DNA of 64,000 bases, from the NCBI GenBank assembly GCA_951406725.2, contig OX597818.1, forward strand, positions 51,708,001 through 51,772,000, in the 5' to 3' direction. This document shows, one piece after another, positions 11,173 through 25,033 of this stretch (positions within the stretch are counted from its first letter, which is position 1; the number at the start of each line of letters is the position of its first letter). The notes under the pieces are model-generated. The model did not search any database and had not been told where the DNA came from. It saw nothing but the letters and a program-made list of their open reading frames with translations. A program made the position numbers and the translations under genes. This stretch comes from Octopus vulgaris (lineage: Eukaryota).

Positions 11173-11782
11173 CATATATATACGACGGTCTTCGGATCTT
11201 TTCGGTTTGAACGGCAGTTTTTAACATAATTTCTAGGTAACTAAACACTTTTAAACTTCGTATACTGGTAGAATGTGTTTATAAAACATCTTTTTCTCTT
11301 GGCTTTATTGAGAAAAATCTATAGTTAGTAAGATATTTGTTGCTTTTTTTCTTCAGTTTCTGCAATTTCAACCAATCACTGACGTCTATTGAGGTAAAAA
11401 TACATTCTGTGCCGTATGAATATATTCCTCGTTTAAGAAACAGATTGGGTTTATTTACATTTGTGAAGAAAAAAAGATACCCTTCCCCCCACCCCTAACC
11501 CTAACTAACCCTAACCCTAAAACAGATTGAAATGCAATAGATCGATACTAGGGTCATAATTATGGGTGACAATTTCATATGACACCGCTAGAAAAAACTG
11601 CCATTCAAACCGAAAAGATCCCGGTCTTCTTTCAGTTTCCGTCTACGAAATCCACTCACAATGTTTTAGACAGCCCGAGGTTATAGTGGAAGACACTTGC
11701 CCAAGGTACCACACAGTGGGACTGAACCCGGAACCATGTGGTTGGTAAAGAAGCTACTTACCACACAGCCACTCCTACGCCT
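10869..11782 (-). mobile_element. Full-length SINE family A split by a MITE
   Basis: The 3' half at 10869-11193 and the 5' half at 11622-11782 rejoin at the duplicated CGGTCTTC. Confidence 0.9.
11194..11621. mobile_element. 428-bp MITE with 29-bp TIRs and 8-bp TSD (Merlin-like ends)
   Basis: TIR GGATCTTTTCGGTTTGAAYGGCAGTTTTT at 11194-11222 and 11593-11621 (1 mismatch); TSD CGGTCTTC at 11186-11193 and 11622-11629. Confidence 0.9.
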
Positions 11783-12509
11783 AATCTTTTTTCTTTTCTT
11801 TGAAAGACAAGAAACAAATCAGCGCCGATGATAAGATGCGAACTTCAGACTCTGAAGTCAAAAGTCTTAATGTTAGACATTTTGCCTCACTCTTGCGTTA
11901 AGAGAAATGTTAAAACTCAGTCAGATAGTATAATATAAAATAAAAGTCTTGACGTTCACATTAAATCTCCAATGATGTTTTCGCTCAACGGGGTTTAGAT
12001 TTTAAATTTACAACTTCTCTTTAGCAGCAGGCTACAGCGAAAAGACAAAGAAAAAGAAAGGTACTTTAAAAGCTTCTTCGATGTCAACTAAGTTAAGAGA
12101 CGAAGATGAAACTCAAAACAAACACGTAGACAAACAGTTGTGTTGAAAATGGCTACCGAAAATAATAAAGCACGCCTTTGAACGGTTATATTTTTACGAC
12201 GACCGCAAAGTAGCGAGTTATGGGTCTATAAATCTTGAAATATTCAACTACAACAACAACTAGGAAGTATTTCTATTTCGTTCCGATATTTCGTCCTTCA
12301 GTTATGGTTTTATATGTCACCTGTTTGCTCGTTAGTCTATGAGTCCCAGCACAGAGTCACCGAAGCGTGATAAAGCGAATTAAAAGACAATACGTTTTCA
12401 CTTTTATAGAGCTTCCCAGATAAATATCAACAATTTTATGGCCTATCGAGAGCAGTTGAAAGCTCATTCCGACAGCCATCAACGCAAAACGACGGAGAAA
12501 AACATACAA

Positions 12510-12576
12510 AAGATAGATAGTAATGCATTGATAGACAGGTAGATAGATATATGTACAGGTTGATAGATAGACAGAC

Positions 12577-12642
<66 letters not shown>

Positions 12643-12682
12643 GTAGATAGATAGATAGATAGATAGATGGACAGATAGATAA
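12510..12682. repeat. (GATA)n microsatellite
   Basis: Direct reading. Confidence 0.95.
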
Positions 12683-13077
12683 GCAGTCAGTGAAACAGCT
12701 ATATAGAGTGATAGGTAAGATACTGATTTCAAAAAATTGCTGTATTAATGTTTTAGTTAACGACTCTATTCTAGTTTTATTTTCTCCAGAAGGAAGGAGT
12801 TATAAAAAGAAGAAAAAACAAATTCAGTGATCTAAAAGAGAAAAAAAAAAGAGAGAGGGAGTGAGAGGGAGGAGAAGGTTGAGGAGGAGGAGGAGGAGAG
12901 AGAGAGGAAAATAACATAATTTCTTATTTCTTAAAACAAAATTTTATGATCACGTCTAGTGCTACAGTTTTTTGCTCGTTTATCTCTGATGATGCTAGTA
13001 GAGGGGCTGATTGGAGGCAAGCCGAACCTCCCACACCAGCATCATCGCTATCTTTCTTCTCTCCTGCTCTCTTTCTT

Positions 13078-13682
<605 letters not shown>

Positions 13683-13702
13683 GCGCTCGAGCATATATGT
13701 AG

Positions 13703-13855
13703 ATGCAGGCATGGCTGTCTGGTTACGAGGTCCGCTTCGGAACTACATAGCTACGAGTTCGGTCCCACACTATGGCATCTTGGACAAATAACTTTTTCTA
13801 TAGCTCCAAATTGATCAATGCCATGTGAGTAGATTTGGTAGACAGGAACTGTGTA
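13703..13855 (+). mobile_element. Old degenerate SINE family A-like head (copy at ~29903-30055)
   Basis: ggcatggctg..gagttcggtcccacact.tggcatcttggacaa..ttctatagc..gtgagtagatttggtagacaggaact. Confidence 0.6.
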
Positions 13856-13873
13856 TGTATATATAAAAGTATA

Positions 13874-14086
13874 CAGTAATCCCTCGCCTATCGCGGGTGT
13901 TACGTTCCACCCCCACTCCCCGCGATACGTGAAAATCCGCGATGTAGAAACAGTATTGTAATGTATATTTTTTTAATAATTTGTATATACTTATTTTATT
14001 ATAAATGCAAAACAACACCACGGAGGAATCGGTATAAGCTTAAATAAAACGCGATAGGTGAACCGCGATATGGCGAGGGATTACTG
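13874..14086. mobile_element. 213-bp Tc1/mariner-superfamily (pogo/Tigger-type) MITE
   Basis: TIR CAGTAATCCCTCGCC..ATCGCGG at both ends, flanked by TA|..|TA. Confidence 0.88.
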
Positions 14087-14088
14087 TA

Positions 14089-14154
<66 letters not shown>

Positions 14155-14159
14155 AATAC

Positions 14160-14442
14160 AAAATGGGACAAGAACGCAAAACACTCAAATAGACGACACA
14201 AAAAACGGACGGGTCATTCGAAGCCTCTAATCTTCAGTCAAGAACCGGATCATCCTCGCAATTTCGGCTGATTAATCTTGAGATCGCTCCGATCCGGCCA
14301 GCCCCAAGGAAAAACTAAGCTACGAGCATTAGATTTCTTGGAAAAAGGATCGAATGTATACGAAACAAGGACAGGAAAACGAACGATGCCACACGAATAT
14401 AAATACAAAAAACAATAATAATAATAACAGGACAAAAACAGC

Positions 14443-14445
<3 letters not shown>
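14160..14445 (-). mobile_element. Penelope-like terminal (pLTR-type) fragment (copy at ~30363-30645)
   Basis: Minus-strand GAAAT..CTGAAGA arrangement and T-rich tail running into (TA)n, similar in architecture to 8340-8540. Confidence 0.4.
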
Positions 14446-14511
<66 letters not shown>

Positions 14512-14516
<5 letters not shown>

Positions 14517-14923
14517 GCTGTCGTAATCTCTTTTATAGAGACTTAGTAATTTTAATATTTCTATTATTGAAAACAAGTGGATGTATTCCACTGAAACTAG
14601 GTAAATATAAGCCTTCGAACAGAGACGTCAGTGGCGACACCTGCGTGGCCTGACTGCGTTACATTGACAAGGGGCAATACCCCGAAACGCGTCTGTAGCT
14701 GTCAGGACTGGCAGTGTGAAGCGGCTGACCTCCCTTGTTCGAAGGTTATAATGGATACAGATCGTGTATCAATAGCTATCTTAAGGCGGTGGCCTCATGG
14801 AGCTGACCAGCGGCAGCGATTATTCTTATATTATAAGAATGCCATATTAATATGGCGATAACAATTAATTTCCAGTAAACGCTGTCGTAATCTCTTTTAT
14901 AGAGACTTAGTAATTTTAATATT

Positions 14924-14927
<4 letters not shown>
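14512..14927 (+). mobile_element. Retrozyme-like ~364-bp unit with 52-bp terminal redundancy
   Basis: 14512-14563 is repeated at 14876-14927; the unit contains the hammerhead motif and is embedded in (TA)n. Confidence 0.55.
14660..14697 (+). ncRNA. Degenerate minimal type I hammerhead ribozyme motif
   Basis: TACA-TTGACAA-GGGG-CAATA-CCCC-GAAAC-GC-GTC-TGTA: stem I TACA/TGTA, stem II GGGG/CCCC, GAAA core, GUC cleavage triplet and palindromic ACGCGT mini stem III. The core differs from CUGANGA at two positions. Confidence 0.7.
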
Positions 14928-14994
<67 letters not shown>

Positions 14995-15451
14995 GAGACA
15001 GTCAGAAATTTAGATAATGCTTTATTAGAGCTTACGTTCGTTTACTGTAACCGAACTCTTCATGAAAATAAATTAAAGATAATAAAACAGATTCCTTCGT
15101 CTTTTTTATGAATCGATTACGGCTGTTGTTTTGTTTTTGTTTAGGAGAGGAGAAATTTTTGTTTAGAAAAGAAATATTGTTTTTTGGAGTAAAGGAGAAA
15201 TACATACACACATTATCTATTTATGCTATTTGTATGACCTCCTTCTGTTTATGAATGCTTCCACGAATTCTATTGAATCTTCTATTCACCAGCTGTTTTG
15301 CTTCCCACTTAGCCATCAGTGTAATTACTTTGGTAAAGATATATATATATACTTATATATTTTATTTTATTTTTATTTTATCTGTCATCTTATCTTTACC
15401 TCTTGTTTTTCTTTTCCTCTTTTTTTTGTTAAGTTGTTTAAACTAAGGATG

Positions 15452-15544
<93 letters not shown>

Positions 15545-15552
15545 GTATGTAT

Positions 15553-15586
<34 letters not shown>

Positions 15587-15656
15587 GTATATACATACAT
15601 ATATATATATATATATATATGTATATACATACATACATATATATATATATATGTAT

Positions 15657-17262
<1,606 letters not shown>

Positions 17263-17275
17263 ACCATGACAGTCT

Positions 17276-17329
<54 letters not shown>

Positions 17330-17330
<1 letters not shown>

Positions 17331-18246
17331 GGATAGCACTGTCAAGTTCACACATGACTGGCAAGATCTTGACATCCTCGATTGCAGCCTCAGCTACCGT
17401 GGTCTCCGTGGGTAGAGATCCTGGTAGTACTCCACCCATCTATCCATTTGCTTGCTTTGGTCCTTGATGAGATCTCCAGTAGTTGATTTCAGAGGAGCTG
17501 ACTTGGTTACGGATGGACCGAGGGCCTTCTTCAAACCGGCATACATCCCATGGGTGTCGCCACTGTCAGTAGCTGACTGGATACTCTAACAGATTTCCTG
17601 CCAATACCTATTTGCACAGCGTCTGGCAGTCAGTTGGGTTTTATTTCTTGCCTTTCTGAGTTCTTCGAGTGACTTTGTAGACGAATCACTTTTGTATTGC
17701 ATCAGAGCTGCACGCTTTGCTTCGATAACTGTTTCAAGCTCTGAGAGACCAGCACTGAACCAATCTGGGTTTTGCCTTTCTCTCATGCTGAAAGTATCTA
17801 TTGATGTGGTATACAAACCTTCCCTGATATAATTCCACCTACTTTCAGCAGAGGATGTTGGGCAGCTACTGAGGGCAACCTTGATGGAAACAGCAAGACA
17901 TTTTCGCACTGTCGGGTCCGAGGTTCTGGCAGTGCTAATGCGTGGTCGGCCCATTTTCTTGGAGTGATGGACTTTGTTAGGCAGAATCCTCACCCTGCTT
18001 CTTATAAGTGAATGATGTATGTCACAATCAGCACTGGGGTAACTACGGGTCAGTTGAACAGAATTCAGACAGGATCTTCGTGTAATGATGAGATCCAGCT
18101 GATGCCAGTGCTGAGATATTGGATGTCTCCAAGATGCCTTGTGGGATGTCTTGCTGCCAAAGAATGTGTTGGTGATGCACGGGTTATGGTATGTGCAAAA
18201 TTCAAGTAGTCTCTGACCATTGTCATTCATGTCGCCAATACCAAAA
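17330..18246 (-). mobile_element. RTE-clade LINE fragment (APE endonuclease C-terminus plus linker)
   Basis: [46 protein letters not shown], then QNPDWF and [11 protein letters not shown], as in RTE/BovB-type ORFs; it has frameshifts. Confidence 0.9.
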
Positions 18247-18275
18247 CACATACACTTACATATATACATACATAA

Positions 18276-18346
<71 letters not shown>

Positions 18347-18401
18347 ACGATTGATTTGTTTCAGTCCCTGTCTACGAAATCCTTATATATATATGTATAT
18401 A

Positions 18402-18465
<64 letters not shown>

Positions 18466-18466
<1 letters not shown>

Positions 18467-18831
18467 TAGCAGTATCACCCGGTGTTGCTTGGATTTGTTT
18501 GGACCCTTTAGAATTGGAATTTTTGAAAAGTAAAAATTTTGCATTATGCAACTTGTTATTCTCTTCAAGTGAACGTTTTTCCAGTTGAAATACACCGAAA
18601 AATGGTGACACAGCAGTCAAAAAGTCCACTATTCACTATTCAATGCATGGGATAAGGCCTAAACAAACACATTATCGATTTTTTCACTTGCGAGATGAAT
18701 TTCGGAACAGAAAGAGCGCAGTTCAATTTTCATTCGCCTAAACTTTAAGTGACCCATTTTTAGTGGTTCTACGATTTGTTGGCTAGGAGGAGATGTGCCG
18801 GGAAGTTAAACACACAGACACACAAGCTGAG

Positions 18832-18840
<9 letters not shown>
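18466..18840 (-). mobile_element. Non-autonomous Helitron-like element (copies at ~34741-35110 and inverted at ~24600-24957)
   Basis: Minus-strand end GCAACACCGGGTGATACTG-CTAG; the opposite end is TATATAACTCAGCTTGTGTGTCTGTG. Confidence 0.6.
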
Positions 18841-18895
<55 letters not shown>

Positions 18896-18959
18896 ACACA
18901 CACATACACACACACACATAAAGATAAAGTGATAGATACAACTGAGTGGGCATACAAAA

Positions 18960-19292
18960 ATATGAGACACTGCGTAGTGCTTTTTATATTTTGATAAGCC
19001 TGATACTTATTCTATCTGTTTCTTCTTGTGAAACCAGTAAGTTATGGGGATGTAAATAAACGAACACCAGTTGTGAAGCAGTTATGAGGAGAAACACAAA
19101 GACACACACATAGACTTACATATATACATACATATACATACAATTGATTTCTTTCAGTTTCTGTCTACAAAATCCACTGACAAGGCTTTGGTTGGTCTGA
19201 GGCTATAGCAGAAGACACATGCCAAGTTACCACACAGTGGGACTGAACTGAGGACCATGTGTTTTGGAACCAAGTTTGTTACCACACAGCCA
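18960..19292 (-). mobile_element. Degenerate SINE family A (copy at ~35232-35567)
   Basis: tttcagtttctgtctacaaaatccact..aaggctttgg..ctatagcagaagacac..gtgggactgaac..ttaccacacagcc. Confidence 0.8.
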
Positions 19293-19756
19293 ATGTATGT
19301 GTGTGTGTGTGTGTGTGTGTGTGCGGGTGGAGGTGTGTGTATGGGTGTATATATGTATGCATGTAGATATGTGTATATATATGAGTATATATTACATGTA
19401 CATCTATATATATATATATACATCTAGACATACATGTGTACATATACATGTATATCTATAGAAATACATCTATACATATACATGTATACACATACATCTA
19501 TACATATACATGTATACATATACATCTATACATATACATGTATACATATACAGCTCGTTTTCGTTTCTCGTTGAGTTCTACGTCTATTTGTGGTGTCCTG
19601 TACTCACATATATATATTTATATATGCATGTATATATACATGTAGATGTAGGTACGTACATATATGTATGTATGTATGCATATATTTTATTTATTAATTT
19701 ATTGCATGACTGAGCGCCCTCGCGTCGTTTCCTTTCTTTTCTGTTCTCCAAGTAAG

Positions 19757-19802
<46 letters not shown>

Positions 19803-19849
19803 TCACAGAGAGCTGTTTTTATTTCACTTTTAACACGTAATACTGAAAT

Positions 19850-20182
19850 AGTGGAGAAGATATGATATTGCTGTGGGCCCGCCCTAAGCAACATGGACCC
19901 TAAGTAAGGCATGTCTAAAATTTGAATGAAATTGGTTTTGTAGTTCTCAAGTTATAGGGATTCATAGTGGAGAAGATATGATATTGCTATGGGCTCGCCC
20001 TAGGCAAGAAGTTAAACAATTTTTTGCCCACGATACTCCATGGACCCTAAGTAAGGCATGTGTAAAATTTGAATGAAATTGGTTGTGTAGTTCTCAAGTT
20101 TTAGGGATTGACACAGACAGACAGACAGACAGCTGGACAGATAGACAGACAGACACACATTCTTAGTTTTATATATATAGAT
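19850..20182 (-). mobile_element. Helitron-like 5' end with internal tandem repeats (copy at ~36121-36456)
   Basis: The minus strand begins TCTATATATATAAAACTAAGAATGTGTGTCTG; the blocks gtggagaagatatgatattgct and catggaccctaagtaaggcatg..agggatt each occur twice. Confidence 0.55.
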
Positions 20183-20185
20183 ATA

Positions 20186-22187
20186 CTAGGAAGGGATTAG
20201 CATTAGCTAAGGACTTGGAGGAAGCAATGGAATATGTCTCTGCAGCTCAGGTGACGGCCAAGAGACTGGCGTTAAACCAGCATCTCGAAGCCTAACACGG
20301 GTTGCATTGTTGGAGCCAGGATTCGTACATTGGTTGTAAAGGAATCAAAGTATCAGGATGGGCCCGAGTGGTGGAAGCCCAACGTGGCAATGATGGCACA
20401 ATTCGATCTTTGATGAACCAAAGAAGTAAGTTGATAAACGAGCCAGAGGAGATGCGTGAGGTCTTTCAGGAGCATTTCGCCCAGCTTTTCGGAGTGGGGG
20501 AAGCGGACCGGACAATAAGAGGGACCTTAGCTTAGCTTAGCTTAGTTTAGCTTAGCTTAGCTTAGCTACCGCGCCTCTCAGAGCTTGACGCGAAGTGTTG
20601 TGAAGGGCCGATCACGCCTGAGGAGGTAATTGAGGCTATGGCGCACCGCGACGCGGGTAAGGCACCGGGATTAGATGGTCTACCCTATGAACTGTATAAG
20701 CGTATGCCAGACTTGTTCGGGTACCTGCTGGCGAATGTCTATGCGAACTGGCAGCAGAATGAGTTAATTCCCAGATCTGTGCGCCGGGGAATGGTGAGGC
20801 TTGTCAGAAAGGACCCGAACAAGGAGGGACTGCATTGATAATTTTCGGCCCATCACTCTGCTAAACACAGAGTTGAAGATTTTGACCAAAGTGTTCTCGA
20901 AAAGATTGGCGCGTGTTGCGGATGGCTTGATCGGGAAGGCACAGGCATGTGCCGTTTCCCGTCTACAGTACACTGTAAAAGAGTTTCATAATGATTCTTG
21001 CAAGGGAGGGACAGTGGTCGATTTAGACCAATCAAAGGCTTTTGATAGGATAGACCTGGTGTCCGTTCTGGCACAGTTCGGCCTGGGTATTAGCTTCTTC
21101 AGGTGGATCATTGAAATTTATAACAACATCGACTCAGTAGTTCGGGTGAATGGCTTTTTATCTAAGCCGCTCAGCTTCAAAGGCTCGGTTCGTCAAGGGT
21201 GTCCTCTCTCCCCGCTTTTGTATGTAATGGCTCTTGAGCCATTGCTGCGAAAATAGAGCCAGGGAGGGCGGAGGTGGCCAATGTGTTCATCGCATCGGTC
21301 ATCACCTACCGCCTATCCGCCGTTCCCTGCCTTGATTCGAGGTTGAGCAAGCTGGAAAGACAGCTCTTCCGCTTCTTGTGGAAGGGTTCGAATACGCTTG
21401 TGAGACACTCTAATTGCTGCCAACAACCGTTAAAGGGTGGGCTACGGTTGCCTTGGCTGATGATGCGCAGGCACGCGCTGAGGTTGAGGCATCTGTGGAT
21501 CCATCTGGATGGTGATCGGGTGTGGTCTCCGCTGGCGAAACAGTTGTTTCCCAAGTTCACTTACTTCGGTGGACTGGATGTCTGGTTCTATCGTAGATCG
21601 AAGTTGGGTACATGGTGTACGGAGTGTCGTAAGGCTCTCCGGATATTCCATCTAGTGGTTCTATCACATTCTTCTATAGAGGGCTGGTAGAGACGAAATG
21701 TGACGATAGCTTGGGAAGCCTTAGGTCTCGACAATAATCAGCTGGCCAATATGTTCCAACGTACATTCGGGTCGAAGACACTGGATAACTTCCAGACGTC
21801 TTTGGCATGGCAATGTTACCGAGGAGTCTTACCTGTCCGGGACAAACTCGCAATCATGGTGGCCCTAACCTACCGACCTGTCCAAGATGTGGGCGAGTCA
21901 GGGAAACCGTCCCGCATGCTATTGTTCAGTGTTTGGTGGTTTCAGATGTGTGGGTTTATGCTGAACAACTATTGTCAAGTACAGGAAGAGTACATTTATC
22001 GACTGAGTCAATAGTAAAAATTGACCCACCGGATTTCCTCTCGAAAGAAGGTAAGAATTGCTTTCTCATCGTAGTAGCAAGAAAGGTGATTTGGAAGACG
22101 CGAATGAAAGGTTTAATAACAGGCACTTTTATCTCTGGCCCTGGGTTGGTGGATTTCTTCTACCTAAGAAGGAAAATAGGGCTAGAA
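20186..22187 (+). mobile_element. Decayed Tx1/L1-clade LINE ORF2 (RT N-terminal half and C-terminal Cys region; internal deletion)
   Basis: KAPGLDGLPYELYK, NFRPITLLNTELKILTK, DQSKAFDRID, VRQGCPLSPLLYVMALEPL, FRFLWKG, GGLRLP and CPRC..ETVPHAIVQC; multiple frameshifts and stops. Confidence 0.93.
20526..20567. repeat. (CTTAG)8 microsatellite inside the LINE (copy at ~36797-36840)
   Basis: Direct reading. Confidence 0.95.
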
Positions 22188-22295
22188 ACGTAGCCTCAGT
22201 CCAGTCAAGAGAGCAAAAACTGTGATATTCCAGCAGCAAAAAGTTTCCTTTTTGAACATCAGTAAACTACTAAAGTGCAGTAAAACGGCTTGCGT

Positions 22296-22395
22296 NNNNN
22301 NNNNNNNNNNNNNNNNNNNNNNNNNNNNNNNNNNNNNNNNNNNNNNNNNNNNNNNNNNNNNNNNNNNNNNNNNNNNNNNNNNNNNNNNNNNNNNN
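22296..22395. other. Assembly gap (100 N)
   Basis: Run of exactly 100 N. Confidence 1.
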
Positions 22396-23708
22396 CGGTA
22401 ACATTGCCATGCCAAAGACGTCTGGAAGTTAACGTATTCGGCCCGAATTACTGCCAGTTCACAGCTGATTATTGTCGAGACCTAAAGGCTTCCCCAAGCT
22501 ATCGTCACATTTCGCCTCTACCAACCCTCTAGAAGAAATGTGATAGAACCATGGCTTGAGAGATGGAATATCCGGAGAGCCTTCGACACTCCGTACACCA
22601 TGTACCCAACTTCGATCTACGATAGAACCAGATCTCCAGTCCACCGAAGCAAGTGAACTTGGGAAACAACTGTTTTCAAAGCCAGCGGAGACCACACCCG
22701 ATCACCATCCAGATGGAGCCACATTGTGCGCCTGCGCATCATCAGCCAAGGCACAGTAGCCCACCTTTAAACAGTTGTTGGCAGCAAATAGAGCGTCTCA
22801 CAAGCGGTGGATTCGAACCCTTCACAAGAAGCGGAAGAGCTGTCTTCCCAGCTTCAAACCACGAATCAGGGCAGGGAACGGTGGTGATAATGATGGTCAT
22901 AGTTACTGGCTTTCAAGACCATTCATACAAAAGGGCTTGAGGAGAGGACACTTTGACGAACCGATGGATGCTTAGATAAAGACTTTTTCACTGGAATATG
23001 GCATCGATGTTGTTTCGATCCATCTGAAAGAGAACTGGAACACCAGGTCTACGTCCCATTGTAAAAGCTCTATCATGGTCCTTTTCGAATATTAGAAATT
23101 CCTTTAAATGAGGGCCTGCCACAGTCTGCATAAGATTGCCAAGCATTAAACGTCTGGTACAATTCATAGGGTAGAATCACTTTTGGCCAAATATCTTCAT
23201 TTGATCTTCAGTTTCAGAGGTGCAGGCTGGATGCCAAAATTAACTTCATTTTTGTTCATCAAGTCAATTGTATACCACTGGGTTCATCCTGTAGCTTTGA
23301 TTCTCTTTACAACCAATGCCCGAACAATGCAAGAGGGGGCGGCTTATGTTTAACGCCAGCCTCTTGGCCGTCACGTGAGGCCACCATGATTCCATTAGCC
23401 TCAAGTCCTGTAGCCAATGCTAACTCCCTAGTGGTTATCATATACAAACTAATGTGCTTTGTCTGTTCTCTCTATCGTCTGTCTGTCTTGTTTATCAACT
23501 TAAAAAATCACAACCAATTTCATTCAAATGGCAACATGCCTATTGGGTCCATGGATTTAACTTGTCTAGGTTCCAAATATATTTTCGTCCCTATAACTCT
23601 GAGACACTACAAAATGCCTAGGGCGCCCACAGTCACATATCTTACTATTCAGGTATTACTGTGTTAAAGTGAAGGTAAACAGTCTCTGTGGAATGTATTA
23701 TATATGTA

Positions 23709-23739
<31 letters not shown>

Positions 23740-24276
23740 TACTTGCACATGCAAAGAAAAGGAACTGACGTGAAGTGCGTCATGCAATAAATTCGTGAAT
23801 ATATGCATACATACATACATATATGTACATATCTATATGTATATATACATGTATATAAATATATATATATATATAGACGTGATAACGAGAAACGACATGT
23901 ATATGTATACATGTATAGATGTATATGTATACATGTATATGTATATGTATGTGTATACATGTATATGTATAGATGTATTCTATAGATATACATGTATATG
24001 TATACATGTATGTCTAGATGTATATATATATAGATGTACATGTAATATATACTCATATATATACACATATCTACATGCATACACCCATATACCTCCCCAC
24101 ACCATACACACACCTCCACCCGTTCACACACACACACACACACACACATACATTTTGGCTGTGTGGTAACAAACTTTGGTTCCAAAACACATGGTCCTCA
24201 TCCCACTGTGTGGTAACTTGATGTGTCTTCTGCTAAGCCTCAGACCAACCAAATTGTCAGTGGATATATATATACA

Positions 24277-24340
<64 letters not shown>

Positions 24341-24536
24341 CTATGTGTTTCTCCCTCATAACTGCTTCACAACTGGTGTTCTTTATTTTACATCCCCATA
24401 ACTTACTGGTTTCCTTGAATAAGTGTCAGGCTTATCAAAATATTAAAAAAGCACTACAGTGTCTCATATTTTGTATGCACTCACGTTGTATCTATCAGCT
24501 TTGCACGTTATGTGTGTGGATGACCCTCGTCGTCGT

Positions 24537-24579
<43 letters not shown>

Positions 24580-24964
24580 TTGTGTGTCTGTGTGTGTATC
24601 TGTGTGTGTGTCTGTGTGTTTAACTTCCCGGCACATCTCCTCCTAGCCAACAAATCGTAGAACCACCAAAAATGGGTCACTTAAAGTTTAGGCGGATAAA
24701 AATTGAACTGCGCTATTTCTGTTCCAAAATTCATCTCGCAAGTGCAAAAATCGATAATGTGTTTGTTTAGGCCTTATCCCATGCATTGAATAGTGAATAG
24801 TGAACTTTTTGACTGCTGTGTCACCATTTTCGGGTTTTCAACTGGAAAAATGTTCACTTGAAGAGAATAACAAGTTGCATAATGCAAAATTTTTACTTTT
24901 CAAAAATTCCAATTCTAAAGGGTCGAAACAAACCCAAGCAACACCGGGTGATACTACTTGTATG

Positions 24965-25033
<69 letters not shown>

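Noticed and set aside
11790-12500. Non-repeat stretch with a TTTATGGCC homeodomain-like site
   Set aside because: Short motifs alone cannot support a regulatory call, and there is no ORF.
12986-13030. CTGATGA as a hammerhead core or snoRNA box C
   Set aside because: There is no correctly placed stem II-GAAA and no terminal box D.
17586-18296. 236-aa ORF as a host gene
   Set aside because: It is an RTE LINE fragment whose start codon comes from a TATG microsatellite.
20526-20567. (CTTAG)n as a telomeric repeat or seed of the satellite
   Set aside because: It is a local slippage expansion inside a LINE, and the similarity to TTAGG or GCCAA is too short to be informative.
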